A DNA stretch of 64,000 bases, from the NCBI RefSeq assembly GCF_006345805.1, contig NC_043009.1, positions 10,292,001-10,356,000 on the forward strand, read 5' to 3'. The stretch is from Octopus sinensis. Taxonomy: Eukaryota. The position numbers were made by a program, and so were the translations under genes. The notes beneath the pieces were generated by a model. That model did not search any database. It was not told the origin of the DNA and worked only from the letters and a program-made list of their open reading frames with translations. Positions 24,416-38,662 of this stretch are shown piece by piece. Every line of letters begins with the position of its first letter. Positions within the stretch are counted from its first letter, which is position 1.

Positions 24416-24598
24416 GTATGTATGTATGTATGTATGTATGTATGTATGTATGTATGTATGTATGTATGTATGTATGTATGTATGTATGTATGTATGTATG
24501 TATGTATGTATGTATGTATGTATGTATGTATGTATGTATGTATGTATGTATGTATGTATGTATGTATGTATGTATGTATGTATGTATGTATGTATGTA
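24416..24598. repeat. Long perfect (TATG)n microsatellite expanded from the SINE-B internal repeat
   Basis: About 45 uninterrupted units directly after a SINE-B 5' half (24262-24416). Confidence 0.95.
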
Positions 24599-24600
24599 TA

Positions 24601-24940
24601 ATACAGAGAGTTGCTTATTTGTAAAAAAAAATATAACATGTGACTTCATTGACCGAGGTTACCGTGGTCTTTCCCGTAGGCTTTTGTTTCTTTCCACGGT
24701 TAAACATCACCTGTCGCCCCCTTTACACTTTATATTGAAATTTCTGTGATAACGATCCCTATTGATCGATTTTTTCTTTTTCCTTTTATTTTATTCCACT
24801 TCCTTTTTTTTGCTTTCCTCTTTCTTTTTACGATCCCTTTTTATCGAAAACCAAACCCCCTTTTTTTATCCCCAAAAGAAAAGCTCTACCTTGTAATTTG
24901 TCCCGTCTTTATGCAGCCCTGTGTGGCTAATAAAGAAACA
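24601..24940 (+). mobile_element. Second 3'-UTR copy of the (TATC)n-associated LINE family
   Basis: Shares GAGGTTACCGTGGTCTTT..CCACGG, AAAGAAAAGCTCTAC and CAGCCCTGTGTGGC.AATAAAGAAA with 7567-7965; followed by (TATC)n. Confidence 0.75.
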
Positions 24941-25012
<72 letters not shown>

Positions 25013-25218
25013 AAAATAAGCAACAAGGATATCCAGAGGTAATGCAGTACGATCGTTTCATGCGACTCCATTTAATTGAACAATACATTCATTTCATTAC
25101 ATGTTGCTTATTTTGATTTTAATCACCTTATTTTGAAATTGTATGGATAATACCATACTAAATTCTGGTGCCTCAACTTAAGTTTCATATTCATCTGAAT
25201 CTAAATTTTTTACTGAAC

Positions 25219-25441
<223 letters not shown>

Positions 25442-25469
25442 GATCGATCGATCGATCCATCCATCCATC

Positions 25470-25563
<94 letters not shown>

Positions 25564-26291
25564 TTGTGTGTGTGTGTGTGCGTGCGTGCGTGTGCGTTTC
25601 GTTGTACCTGTATTTGTTTCTCTCCCACTTCTTGACAACCGGTGTTGTATCAAACTTAAAACAAAATCCAGAAGTCGATTCGTTCGACAATATATTCCTC
25701 TAGTAAGTGCCCCAGCATGGCTGCAGTCTAATGACTGAAACAAGTGAAAGATAAAAGATAAAAGATACATGAATCGTATCTATAGAGAAAAAATTTACCA
25801 TCTTAACGTTAAAAGTATTTCAATAACAACCTTATAGTGGTAACCATAAAAAAAAGAAATTGGCCCTTAAATCTCAATTTGCCAATGCCTTGATTCGAGA
25901 CCTTGTAAAGTTAACTGCTCTATTCGTATACAGTGAAGGGGGTCGAACGGAATTCTCATCGACGTGAATGTTTCAGCACAAACGAACATCAGCTAAATAC
26001 ACCGAGATTAGATAGTGACCATGAACAAAAAGAGAGCCTATATTTAAATGGCCGTCAGCAGGTAAATGAAGATGTTTCTTAAAATTCAAAATGGCTATCA
26101 GATTGTTTTCTGGGAAAATATATCTCTTTTTCAAGAATAATTTTCTTTGGTATATATTTTATAAGTAAATTTGTTTATTCATATATGTAAATTTATCTAC
26201 GTGAGCCGGGATTACTTTCCAAAAGTGTATGCATTTTTATGTTCCAGATTTGATGCTCATGTTTGCATGATTGCATGATTCTGCCTGCAAA

Positions 26292-26397
<106 letters not shown>

Positions 26398-26958
26398 GTA
26401 TTTGTGCCTGCTTATATATGGGTGCGTAAATAAAGTAAATATGAAACATTTTTACAAGATTCATACCTTTTATTATTTGCACTGTTCGCTTTTGTTGTTG
26501 TTGTTGTTATTATTACTAATAACATTTCCACGATATTTTTTTGAGAAATCTGTCAGAAAATTTATGGAAACATTACAGAGGCCCTTGATATATTTTAAAT
26601 TTCGAAAATAAAAAATCATCGTTATTAGCGAACTATTTATTCAGATTCATGATTTGGTTTATATTTTCACCCAATATTTTCATTCTCTTTCTTCTTCTTC
26701 TTTTACAACTGTTACTGGTTCAGAGTTGAGTCGTGTTAGCGTTTTCTCTTCATATTTTATTCCAAGGACGTGCAACGAATCGATTTTATGAACAAGCAAT
26801 GTACGCTCCCTAACAACAGCTGCTGTTGGCTGGGGGGATCTTTTTACTTCCCTTCCCCCCTTCCATTCCGACTCCATCACATATGGTAAGAAATATATGG
26901 GATTTTATTTCGTTCTGAGTTTTTCTCTTTAATTTCTTTTAGAAAAACACAGTTACTT

Positions 26959-26993
<35 letters not shown>

Positions 26994-27128
26994 TGTTGTT
27001 GGTGTTGCTATATTTCGGAGCCTTACTGCGTAGGGGTTTAATTTACTTCAACGAATTTTACTTTTTTTCTCTAATTTCATGAATCCCAAAAGTCAGTTGT
27101 ATATGTGTATATGTATGTATATATGCAC

Positions 27129-27202
<74 letters not shown>

Positions 27203-28524
27203 CATATATATTATATACATACGTACATATATATATATATATATATACATACGTACATATATATATATACATATATATACATATATATACATATATACAT
27301 AGATATATATATACATATATATATATATATGTACATATATACATATATATATATGTACATATATACATATATATATACACATATACATATATATATTATA
27401 TATACATATATATATGTACATATATACATATATATATACACATATACATATATATATTATATATACATATACGTATCTATATACATGTATATATATATAT
27501 ATGTGTATATATATTTACATAGATATATGCAAGTATATATATATATATGTGTGTGTGTATGCATACGTACATATAAAAATACTTACGTATAGATACACAC
27601 ACACACGCATACCTGCATACACATGAACACACACGCACACGCACATATTATTAGCAAATGCCACTGATCGATTACCAAAATGTCAAAGACTTCTATAAAG
27701 GAAAATAACGGTAATTACTGATGGGCACCGCATGAAATCGAATAGATTTATGCAACAAATAAACAAAAAGATGGAGGAAATATTGCTTTGATTCCTTTCA
27801 TCTCTTGCCGTGACCTCACTGCCTTGTAAGCTTATCCGAATGTTCATGGTGTAGCACGGCTGAATGATATCTCTTTGACTGATTTTTACCAACATTTGGT
27901 CTTATAGTTATTGGGATTTTGAATACCTGACTCATTATATGTAAATACTGAGCTCGTATAATGTTCTTAAGTCATTCAACTTTACTCTACCTGTGTCTGT
28001 CTTACCGAGATAATAGATATGATAAATGTAGCAGTAATGTTCTCTTAACACAGACGATGAAACATAACTTCATATTCAACGTAATTTAGAAAAATCTATC
28101 AATTTATAAAACATGGTTGGGTTATAGTTATAATTATGTTAAAATATCGTTGGAAAAGATACCTTCCTTAGCTTCGTAAGAAGTCCAAATTATTTGGAGG
28201 GCGGAGGATGAGATTTCTAACATTTAGAACTCTCAGTGCTAGATTTGGACATACAATAACCAAGTTACTATATAACCTTTTGCTCTCTATGAAGCACAGA
28301 TCATCGACGGTAATTCCCCACTATCCTTGACTCTGGCTGTTTTTTTCTGCTTTTCTGCTTCTTCCTCTGCCAGGTCTTGTTGGTTTCAGTTGTCATTGAT
28401 GCTTCTGTAACTTTGATATTGTTCTAGGAAGGGTGTTGGCCCCCCACGAAAATCCACTTCTATGAAGAGATGGTCCATATTAGACTGGTCTCTGTTCTTT
28501 AATCTGTGTTGGATGAGAGTCCTT

Positions 28525-28908
28525 GGAAGCACTCCGTCGTTTCCGACGACGAGGGTTCCGGTTGATCCGAATCAACGGAACAGCCTGCTCGTGAAATTAA
28601 CGTGTAAGTGGCTGAGCACTCCACAGACACGTATACCTTTAATGTAGTTCTCGGGGATATTCAGCGTGACACAGAGAGTGACAAGGCCGGCCCTTTGAAA
28701 TACAGGTACAACAGAAACAGGAAGTAAGAGTGAGAGAAAGTTGTGGTGAAAGAGTACAGCAGGGATCACCACCATCCCCTGCCGGAGCATCGTGGAGCTT
28801 TAGGTGTTTTCACTCAATAAACACTCACAACGCCCGGTCTGGGAATCGAAACCGCGATCCTATGACCGCGAGTCCGCTGCCCTAACCACTGGGCCATTGC
28901 GCCTCCAC
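28525..28908 (-). mobile_element. SINE family C head with tail type 2
   Basis: 13-bp TSD GATGAGAGTCCTT at 28512-28524 and 28909-28921; tRNA-like head as in 16702-17095 but a different 3' half. Confidence 0.9.
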
Positions 28909-29169
28909 GATGAGAGTCCTTATGAAGTCCTGCGCACCACTGTTATGGTTTTCAGATTCATTGACATATATAAACCAACCCACCACAACAAAAACTCTAC
29001 CTTGCAGTGCCGAAAAAATAATAGACGCCTCCAAACAAAAAGAGGTATACATGCTTTCAATTATCGTGAGATTGTCATGCATATTTTCTTCAAACAATGT
29101 GTCTTCAAGCTTTATAAGGCACAGCGCATCACGAATTCTAAATCCAGCATTAACCATAGATATTAGTGA

Positions 29170-29575
29170 TGTAGGAGTGGCTGTGTGGTAAGTAGCTTGT
29201 TTACCAACCACATGGTTCCGGGTTCAGTCCCACTGTGTGGCACCTTGAGCAAGTGTCTTTTACTATAGCCTCGGGCCGACCAAAGCCTTGTGAGTGGATT
29301 TGGTAGATGGAAACTGAAAGAAGCCTGTCTTATATATGTATATACTCTTTTTTTTCTCTTTTACTCTTTTACTTGTTTCAGTCATTTGGCTGCGGCCATG
29401 CTGGAGCACCGCCTTTAATCGAGCAACTCGACCCCGGGACTTATTCTTTTGTAAGCCCAGTACTTATTCTATCGGTCTTTTGCCGAACCGCTAAGTGACG
29501 GGGACGTAAACACACCAGCATCGGTTGTTGTTAAGCAATGCTAGGGGGACAAACACAGACACACAACATATACAG

Positions 29576-29621
<46 letters not shown>

Positions 29622-30018
29622 ACATATATACGACAGGCTTCTTTCAGTTTCCGTCTACCAAATCCACTCACAAGGCTTTGGTCAGCCCGAGGCTATAGTA
29701 GAAGACACTTACCCAAGGTTCACGCAGTGGGACTGAACCCAGAACCATGTGGTTCGTAAGCAAGCTACTTACCACACAGCCACTCCTGCGCCTACAGCCA
29801 CTCCTGCGCCTATATATATATATATATATACAAACACATGTGTGTGCGTGTGTCTGTGTTTACGTCCCCGTAACTTAGCGGTTCGGCAAAAAGACACCGA
29901 TAGAATAAGTACTAGGCTTACAAAGAATAAGTCCTGAGGTCGATTTCCTCGACTAAAGGCGGTGCTCCAGCATGTCCTCAGTCAAATGACTGAAACAAGT
30001 AAAAGAGTAAAGAGTAAA
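29170..30018. mobile_element. Nested SINE-B: minus-strand copy (29345-29812) inside the internal (TA)n of a plus-strand copy
   Basis: The plus-strand 5' half (29170-29340) and 3' half (29813-30018) flank a complete antisense copy. Confidence 0.88.
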
Positions 30019-30757
30019 GGAGAGAGTTAGACTATCAACAATCAATACTCAAAACAGTTTCTCCAGCTAGGGTTACCTTCAATTTATTCGTTACGCAATG
30101 GCAAATGTTTACCTTGGTATAATGCGGCCTAAAGAATATCTGCGACCTTCGACAAACACTACTTGGCTTGTTTCAATCTACTTAGCTGACAGTTTTTATA
30201 AATTAATGAGTAACAAGATTTGTATGGTGACGGTCAGGGATCCAAAGTCATTTATATGTTCCCTCAAATGAGAAATATATTTGAAAAATATACTGATGAG
30301 TGGTTAAGAAATTCTTTTCGCAAGCATGTGGTGCGGGGTTTGTCCGGCAACTTGAAGAATTGTATTCTACTGCGGCCTCAGGCTGACCATTACATTATAA
30401 TTATTTGATTAGACTTAAACTGCGCAGACGCCTGACAAATCCATCCATCCATCCATCCATACATACATAAACACACGCATGCATACATACGTACGTGCGT
30501 AAGTGTGTGTGTATGTGTGTGCGTGCGTGCGTGTGTGTGTGTGTGTGTGTGTGCGTGCGTGTGTGTGTGTGTGTGTGTGTGTGTAAATCCCTGAGCCAGA
30601 GGTCAAGGAAATTAGAAATCCAAAGTGGATGGAAAACTATTATGCGAGTTAAATATATCGGTAGAGCAAACTCGAAAGCGAAAACTGTTTGCTAAAACAC
30701 ACACACACACACACACCACACGCACGCACACACACAACACACACACGCATGCACACG

Positions 30758-30798
<41 letters not shown>

Positions 30799-31582
30799 GC
30801 ATGTTTGTGTATTAAATATAATCATGTTTCATAAGAGGGCAGTGTTCGAATCCTGGCCCATGCGCTATTTTCTATTTTCTTACATGACTTTTATCCTTTT
30901 GAGTTGGATAATAATAATAATAATAATAAAAAAAGGACGCAAATTTTTATGTACCTGTTGGCGTGGTCGATAATAAGCGGCTCTACCCTTTGAAGACGCT
31001 TGTCCCTGCATGGATACGGTCCAATGATTGAGACTAGTTAGATAATTAAAAAAAGATTAAAAGAATACACGGCCGTTGCATTGTGAGTGCGCGTGTGAAA
31101 TATTTATGAAACGAGACGAAACGAAACAAAGATTCGCCGAGCGACTCATTCAGGGACTGAGAACTTCACGTGAATTTGCTTTCACCGTCTACTGACGTTT
31201 AATTTTGCTCGTTAATTAACTACTGTACCGTTTGAACTTCGTATCTTTCTATTTCATTTGTTTTCTGGCTGTTATTCGATTTCATTTGTTTTCTTGTTAT
31301 AGTGAAATATCAGGTGCAGTTGGGCAGACATGTGATCAACACCGGTCCTGCTGTGACCTTCTCATCCTTTTGTCTATCTATAACTGTATCGCCCAGTATG
31401 ACCTTTCTTCATCTGTCTTTTTCAGCTTTCTTTTGTATTCTTATATTTTTTAAGATTGTAGAATATATCTTGAGCGGAGATCGGTTGCTTGTTTATCATT
31501 GTATTGTAGCTGTTTATTTTCCCCCGATCTGCCTTGAGTTAGTTATTGGGTACCATTAAACTCGATCTTAATGACAGAAGAA

Positions 31583-32022
31583 GGATCTATTCGGTTTGAA
31601 CGGCAGTTTTTAACAATAATTTCTAGGTAACTAAAAAATTTTATACTTCGTATACTGGTACAATGTGTTTATAAAACATATTTTTCTCTTGGCTTTATTG
31701 AGAAAATTCTATAGTTTGTAAGATATTTGTTGTCTTTTTTCTTCAATTTCTGCAATTTCAACCAATCAGTGACGTCTATTGAGTTAAAAAACATTCTGTA
31801 TCGTATGAATATGTCCCTCGTTTAAGTAACAGATTGGGTTTATTTACATTTGTGAAGAAAAAAAAGATACCCTTCCCCCACCCCTAATCCTAAACCTAAC
31901 TAACCCTAACCCTAACCCTAAAACAGATTGAAATGCAATAGATCAATACTAGGGTCATAATTATGGGTGAGAATTTCATATGACACCGAGAGAAAAAACC
32001 GCCGTTCAAACCGAAAAGATCC
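31583..32022 (-). mobile_element. MITE, second copy (opposite orientation to 22569-22991)
   Basis: Same TIRs; TSD CAGAAGAA at 31575-31582 and 32023-32030; internal (CCCTAA)n-like run at about 31880-31920. Confidence 0.93.
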
Positions 32023-32360
32023 CAGAAGAATCCCTGCACGAAAACCATTTACTTCATTTATCCTTTGGATAAAAGAATAAATGTCGCAGATTTAATCTTA
32101 CCGCGGCCTATACATACATACATACATACATGCATACATGCATACATACATACATACCTACATACATACATACACACATACATACATACATACATACATA
32201 CATACATACATACATACCTACGTACGTACGTACATACATACATACATACATACATACGTACATACATACATACATACATACGTACGTACTTACGTACGTA
32301 CATACATACATACATACATACATACACATAGATACATACATACATACATACATACATACA

Positions 32361-32393
<33 letters not shown>

Positions 32394-33249
32394 CAAATTA
32401 AATGCATTGTACCTATGTTAAAATGTTTTACTACCAACCGTCTCTCGATACAAATGTTTTCAATATAAACTTACGCTTAGCGGATTTCTTCCGTCTTTAC
32501 ATTCTGAGTTCAAATTCCACCGTGGTCGACTTTGCTTTTCATCGTTTCGGGGTCGATAAAATAAGTACTAGTTGCACACTGGGGTTGATTTAATCGACTC
32601 ACCTTTTCCCTCCAAAACTTTTAGCCTTGTGCCAAACTTTGAAACTAATATTAGAATTTATAATAAAAGTGTAAGTTATTACAGATGTGTGTGTGTGTGT
32701 GTGTGTGTGTGTGTCTGTGTGTGCGTGGATTGCAGGCTGGTTCTGATTTAATGACATTAACTTAATCGCTTGTTTAAGTTATTTGACTTCTATCGCATTA
32801 ATATATTTTTTAGTTCAAATCTCTTATGACTTTTTATTCTTCTCGGCTGAATAAATAAGTACTGGTAAGTACTTGAGTCAATATAATCGACTGTTCAAAT
32901 CCCACAAATTGCACGGTCAAATGTTTCTTTCAGAATTGTTCAATCGCTCTATCGACCAGACTACCAGATACACTTACACATCGCTGGTTACAGTACACTT
33001 CCTTTCTTCCATTAATTACACCCCTCGCTTCTATTGGATCTGAAGCGTTGGACTGCGTTATTTTCAAATCGTCTTGGTAGCTTTCCTAGTGGACGCTTCC
33101 AATCTCCTGGATACCACTCAACTATTGCACGGTGAGTGGTGGCAAGTCCATTACATCGACGGTACTCAAGTGGTACTCATCTTACGATCCCGAAAGGATG
33201 AACGGCAAACTCAACCTAATTCAAACTCAGACCATAAAGACATACATAA

Positions 33250-33718
33250 ATACCTATTTCTTTACTTCCTACAGGGGCTACACACAGAGAGGACAAACAA
33301 GGACAGACAAACGGATTAAGTCTATTATATCGACCCCCGCGCGTAACTGGTACTTATTTAATCGACCCCGAAAGGATGAAAGGCAAAGTGGACCTCGGCG
33401 GAATTTGAACTCAGACGAAATACGGCTACGCATTTCGCCCGGCGTGCTAACGTTTCTGCCAGCTCGCCGCCCTAAATACATAGATACCTATTTCTTTATT
33501 ACCCACAAGGGGCTAAACACAGAGCGGACAAACAAGGACAGACATAGGTATTAAGTCGATTACATCAACCCCAGTGCGTAACTGGTACTTAATTTATCGA
33601 CCCCGAAAGGATGAAAGGCAAAGTCGACCTCGGCGGAATTTGAACTCACTACGTAACGCAGACGAAATACCGCTAAGCATTTCGCCCGGCGTGCTAACGT
33701 TTCTGCCAGCTCGCCGCC
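33250..33718 (-). mobile_element. Two SINE-A copies stacked at one site inside an older decayed SINE-A
   Basis: Copies at 33250-33471 and 33484-33718; exact 17-bp repeat CTAAATACATAGATACC at 33472-33488 and 33719-33735; older copy at about 33140-33250. Confidence 0.88.
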
Positions 33719-33969
33719 CTAAATACATAGATACCGCTATGCTATATGAGAGCACAAGTTCAACTGATTTGGACTTGTTACAAGATTCGCAGAGAAAGTG
33801 CGAAGCCGTGCGGTTGTCGGGGATACCCAACAGATCGGAAACGACCACCCGGAAGTCCTCCACGACGATGAGAAGACGATTTTGGGCAAGATAGAAAAGA
33901 CGACCGCAATCAAAAAGAGAACTGGAAACGCATATATAACCACATGGAAAAGTCTGGTCGATACAGATG

Positions 33970-34020
<51 letters not shown>

Positions 34021-34142
34021 TATATACATATATATGTATGTATATATATATGTATATATATGTATATATATATGTATATATATGTATATATATATATGCA
34101 TATACATACATACATACATGCATACATACATACATACATACA

Positions 34143-34171
<29 letters not shown>

Positions 34172-34174
<3 letters not shown>

Positions 34175-34358
34175 CACGTGGTGTGCTGAAAAGTTCCTGG
34201 CTTTAACGATGTCACGAAAGGGACTGGTTGCAGGCCCAACCTTCCGAGTTCTACAGGGCTTAATAAAAAACTGAACGATCGTTGGAATACGTTTGTGAAT
34301 CTGAGAGGGGAATATGTTTAATAAGATCATAATTAACTAATTCTCCTGTTATTCTCTT
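34172..34358 (+). mobile_element. mariner-derived MITE, right end lost at the MULE boundary
   Basis: Left TIR GTGCTGAAAAGTTCCTGGCTTT; internal match to 17981-18199. Confidence 0.65.
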
Positions 34359-35290
34359 TGGTGTCCGGTCAATTCGTCGACGGCAATTTGTGGTCGTTTA
34401 ATTCGTCCCCAGGTCAATTCGTCGTCTTCATCCAGATCATAGGAAAACTGGAAGAACGAATATCTGAATTAACGTTTATTCTAAGGTTGACATATTTATT
34501 TGTTTCTTAAAATTTAAGATTGTGCGCTTTCAGAAAAATAATTTTTTGGCTTGGATCCTATTTTTCCACGAGATTTTTATACGCAGGTTCATATCTTTGC
34601 ATTTTTTCTCTTCGTTTGGTTCTTGTCCTTGCATAAACTTCTGCAATTTTGTACTGGAAAACCTTTCCGCGCATTTAATCACACCAGTAAGTTTCCAAAT
34701 ATTTGGTTTACTAATATATATTCACTGTGTCTTTTAGCGCGTTCTGATAGGCTCGTAAACTATTTGTAGTACGAGCAATCCCCGTCATACATCGATCCGA
34801 AACATTTCGTATATGTAATGAAAATGGAGATCCAAATCGTCGCCTCCTCTGTCCTCCTCATCTAGGTGGTCCAATATAATTATTTTCAAAATAGGATACA
34901 ATTGACAGTGGAATGTCATCATCTACAAGTTATTCATATCCAACTACACCTTCATCAATTGACAGGAAGGCAAGGGCAACAAAACACCGCATTTTTACAC
35001 TAAAACTGTCATCTTCGTGACATCCGCATTTTAGACCTTCTTGCACAACATGCTTGTACACATTTTGTCCCAAATGAAACAAGCAGCATGCCAAATTCGA
35101 CCCAAGAAACTATTCCAGAAATCCGTTATTGGCTGCTTTTACGAAATTCATAATTATATTATCAGGTCCCTCTGCAGTAATTCATTTATTTTGGCAAAAA
35201 GTCTACTATATGTATCTTGACATTTGTCAAAGAGCAATGCGAATAATAGTGGGGCATTCAAATAATCAATTTGGTTGTGAAGTATATATA

Positions 35291-35690
35291 TTATTCTTTA
35301 TTGCCCACAGAGGGGAGAAACAAGGACAGACAAAGGGATTAAGTCGATTACATCGACCCCAGTGCAAAACTGGTACTTTATTTATCGACCCCGAAATGAT
35401 GAAAGGCAAAGTCGACCTCGGCGGAATTTGAACCCAAAACGTAACGGCAGACGAAATACCTATTTCTTTATTACCCACAAGGGGCTAAACATAGAGGGGA
35501 CAGACAAGGACAGACATAGGTATTAAGTCGATTACATCGACTCCAGTGCGAACTGGTACTTTATTTATCGACCCCGAAAGGTTGAAAGGCAAAGTCGACC
35601 TCGGCGGAATTTGAACTCAGAACGTAACGACAGACGAAATACGGCGACGCATTTCGCCCGGCGCGCTAACGTGTCTGCCAGCTCGCCGCC
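35291..35690 (-). mobile_element. SINE family A dimer inside the MULE
   Basis: 21-bp TSD TTTGGTT(G/A)TGAAGTATATATA at 35270-35290 and 35691-35711; internal GGTAT/TTCGTC junction at 35456-35460. Confidence 0.88.
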
Positions 35691-36443
35691 TTTGGTTATG
35701 AAGTATATATAACTGAAAAAATATACTAGAGCCGCACTTGTATGTTCCATCTGCCGCCCCTGTTCTTGTGCTGTTTTAACCGTCGAAGTGCATCGCCACT
35801 TGCAAACATTTGTATACGTTTTGAATCTTCCATCGCGCTGTCATACTGTAAAAACGCTTCATCACTGTCACAGTAGGAGTATTCACTTGGAATGGAAAAC
35901 CCAACATTTGTAAGTGGGGTGACAGAATAGCTGGGATCAGTTTCTGAAATTCACTAACGATAATTGAACGAGGAGCATCACGAGATGAAATAGACTTTAC
36001 TTTAATATTTGAAACTATTATCTTTGCATTTACCTCTGCAGCAGTTGAGGCATGATTATGGATCCCAATCTTCTTAAGTTCTTTATAATTTTCAGCTGTA
36101 TGAAGTTCCGCCTTGAACATACGATTTTCGCACCTCTAGTATACCTTCAATCCATCCACATTCTGCTTAATTTTTTGTGTTTATATAATTTTCTTGATCG
36201 ACCACTTTGATTTTTCCTTTCTCTGAAGTTATGATCTTGCAGTATATATATATATATATTATATATATATATATAATATATATATATATATAATATATAT
36301 ATATTACGGAGATGTACTTGAGAAGCGAGTGACTTAATCTGAGATGGTGTGCTGGAACGAAAACAATTGCAGCGTGGAAGGTGTTTATAAGTCATTTAAG
36401 AAACACACAAAACCGTTAGATTCACTTCAACATTTAAATTTAA

Positions 36444-36494
36444 TTTGTCAAAATATTTTCGTCGCTTTGAGACCGCAACCTGTTCACCGACAAA
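36444..36494 (-). ncRNA. Variant minimal hammerhead motif with G3/C8 core
   Basis: Reverse complement: TTTGTCG-GTGAACA-G-GTTGC-GGTCTCAAA-GCGAC-GAAA-ATATT-T-TGACAAA. Lies in a ~200-nt unit (about 36306-36510) ending in (TA)n. Confidence 0.65.
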
Positions 36495-36930
36495 ACTTTG
36501 TGCTGATGGGGAAGCGTATTGAATAAATTTAATATGATTTGCTTGAAAATATTTGTAAACTGTGCAGATACTTAAGAGTGAGAGAGAGAGGAGAGAGAGA
36601 GAGAGAGAGAGAGGGAGAAAGAGAGAGAGAGAGAAAGAGGTAGGGTTAAAGAAAGGAAGATATGTCTAAAACTGTCCTACGAGAATCTTAATTCTAAAGT
36701 GATTGTTGTAAATTTCCCTCGAAAATCACATTTAAGAATATTTTGGCCAGCGTCGAATTGACCTGGGGGTGAATTGATCGACGACGAATTGATCAGGGAC
36801 GAATTGTCCAAGCACCATGTATGTATGTATTTATGTATGTATGTATGTATGTATGTATGTATGTATGTATGTATGTATGTATGTATGTATGTATGTATGT
36901 ATGTATGTATGTATGTATGTATGCATGCAT

Positions 36931-37168
36931 TCGCCATGTTGATTCGCTAGCCTCTGCACGCATTTTTTCTCTCCTTCTTTCTGTGTTTCTTCTCTGTGTA
37001 TCTTTCTGTTGAAGAGCGTAGGCTCGAAACGTAAAAGACTTGTTTTATTTATATTTCCTGAGCGCCATACTAATACAATTGTTTGTTTGTATTCCACCTG
37101 CCTTCGTCTTTTGTTTATATCCGTAAACCTGCCTTCGTCTTTTGTCTATTTTCATAAAGCTTCCCGTT
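36931..37168 (+). mobile_element. Hammerhead-bearing non-autonomous element, copy with CTGTTGA core
   Basis: TCTTT-CTGTTGA-A-GAGC-GTAG-GCTC-GAAA-CGT-A-AAAGA at 37001-37038; between (TATG)n and (TA)-rich tracts; small internal duplication at 37096-37150. Confidence 0.72.
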
Positions 37169-37530
37169 ATATGTATGTATATGTATATATGTATTATATA
37201 TATATATGTATGTATATATATATATGTATATATATCTATGTGTATGTATGTTTGTATGTATGTATGTATGCATGCATGTATGTATGTATGTATGTATGTA
37301 TGTATGTATGTATGTATGTATGTATGTATGTATGTATGTATGTATATGTATATTTACCAGAGTAAACAAAACTGTCCGATGAATGGGAAGCTCTGAGTAA
37401 CAGTTTGTGTGATATTTTTGTTGCTTTTTAACAAAGTATATGTAAATATATATATGTAATATAAGTATGTATGTATATATATATATATATGTATATATAT
37501 ATGTAATGTATTCATATATATACATTTATG

Positions 37531-37576
<46 letters not shown>

Positions 37577-37579
37577 TAT

Positions 37580-37610
<31 letters not shown>

Positions 37611-38360
37611 TATATATATATGTATATATATATATGTATGTTTATATATTTACGTATGTATGAATGTATGTGTATGTATGTATGCATATATATGTATGAA
37701 TATTTATATATATGTATGCATGTATATATATATACACACACACACATACACACACACACACACAACCAAATACTATACAATATGACACTTCCTCCTTAGC
37801 GTGCTACGATACTATTTAAGGATGGTTTAACTGGTGTTTCTAGGAAGGTCAATCACTACATAAAGGATCTGTTGTTGGTTTGATTCATTGAAACGAAACA
37901 TGTATTACGCAGAATTATTAAAAACACAAACAAACAAACAAACTAATACTCGTTAACTTTCCTTTGTTCCCACTTCACAAAGTAAAACGTATAAAGCCAA
38001 CTAGCTGGTCATTCAAGTTGCTAGAAATAACAACCAAACTTCCCTCAAGTCACACCCACCAAGCTTAACAAAAGAAACAAAAGGATACGCATCGTACGTA
38101 ATGTAATTCTGGGTTTACTAAGTTTTAGTAATGAGAGGATGGTCATGGCTGGAATACTTTTCAACTTAACTCTGTTTAATTGAGTCTGATTCGAGTTTAA
38201 CAACAACAACAATAACAAAAACAACAACAAAACTACCACCAACAACAACAACAATGACTATACACTGGAAATAATGCATCTATCTTTTCATACTAATGAT
38301 GTATATTTTATCAGTTCTGACTGTATACATACATACATACATACATGTACATATACATAT

Positions 38361-38394
<34 letters not shown>

Positions 38395-38526
38395 GATATA
38401 TATATATATATATTATATGTAAATGAATTGTAATAAATAGATATATATGTATATACATGCATATATATACATATATATGTATAATGTATATATATACGCA
38501 TATATACGTATGTATGTATATGTATA

Positions 38527-38565
<39 letters not shown>

Positions 38566-38631
38566 TATATATGCATATATACATATATATATATGCGTAC
38601 ACACATATACATACATACATACATACGTATG

Positions 38632-38662
<31 letters not shown>

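Larger units (their letters stand above)
34360..36817 (-). mobile_element. Mutator-like (MULE) DNA transposon with decayed FLYWCH-transposase
   Basis: Inverted termini GGTG... with ~15-bp-spaced CAATTCGTC repeats. Minus-strand remnants ITSEKGK...KVY*RCENR..KA.LHT...HNH (FLYWCH-like), FVKAANN and CCLFHLGQ...RCFVALAFL (MULE core). No TSD identified. Confidence 0.85.

Noticed and set aside
25036-25095. Hammerhead-like half (minus strand GAAA-CGATCG-TA-CTGCATT)
   Set aside because: The palindromic stem III and GUA look right, but no CUGANGA-like core can be placed upstream; at best a decayed motif.
31880-31921. Telomere or chromosome fusion site
   Set aside because: Only a few degenerate units, internal to a MITE with TIRs and a TSD.
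34360-34430. CRISPR-like spaced repeats (CAATTCGTC, also 36755-36817)
   Set aside because: Eukaryotic context, ~15-bp period and inverted at two ends, so these are MULE subterminal repeats.
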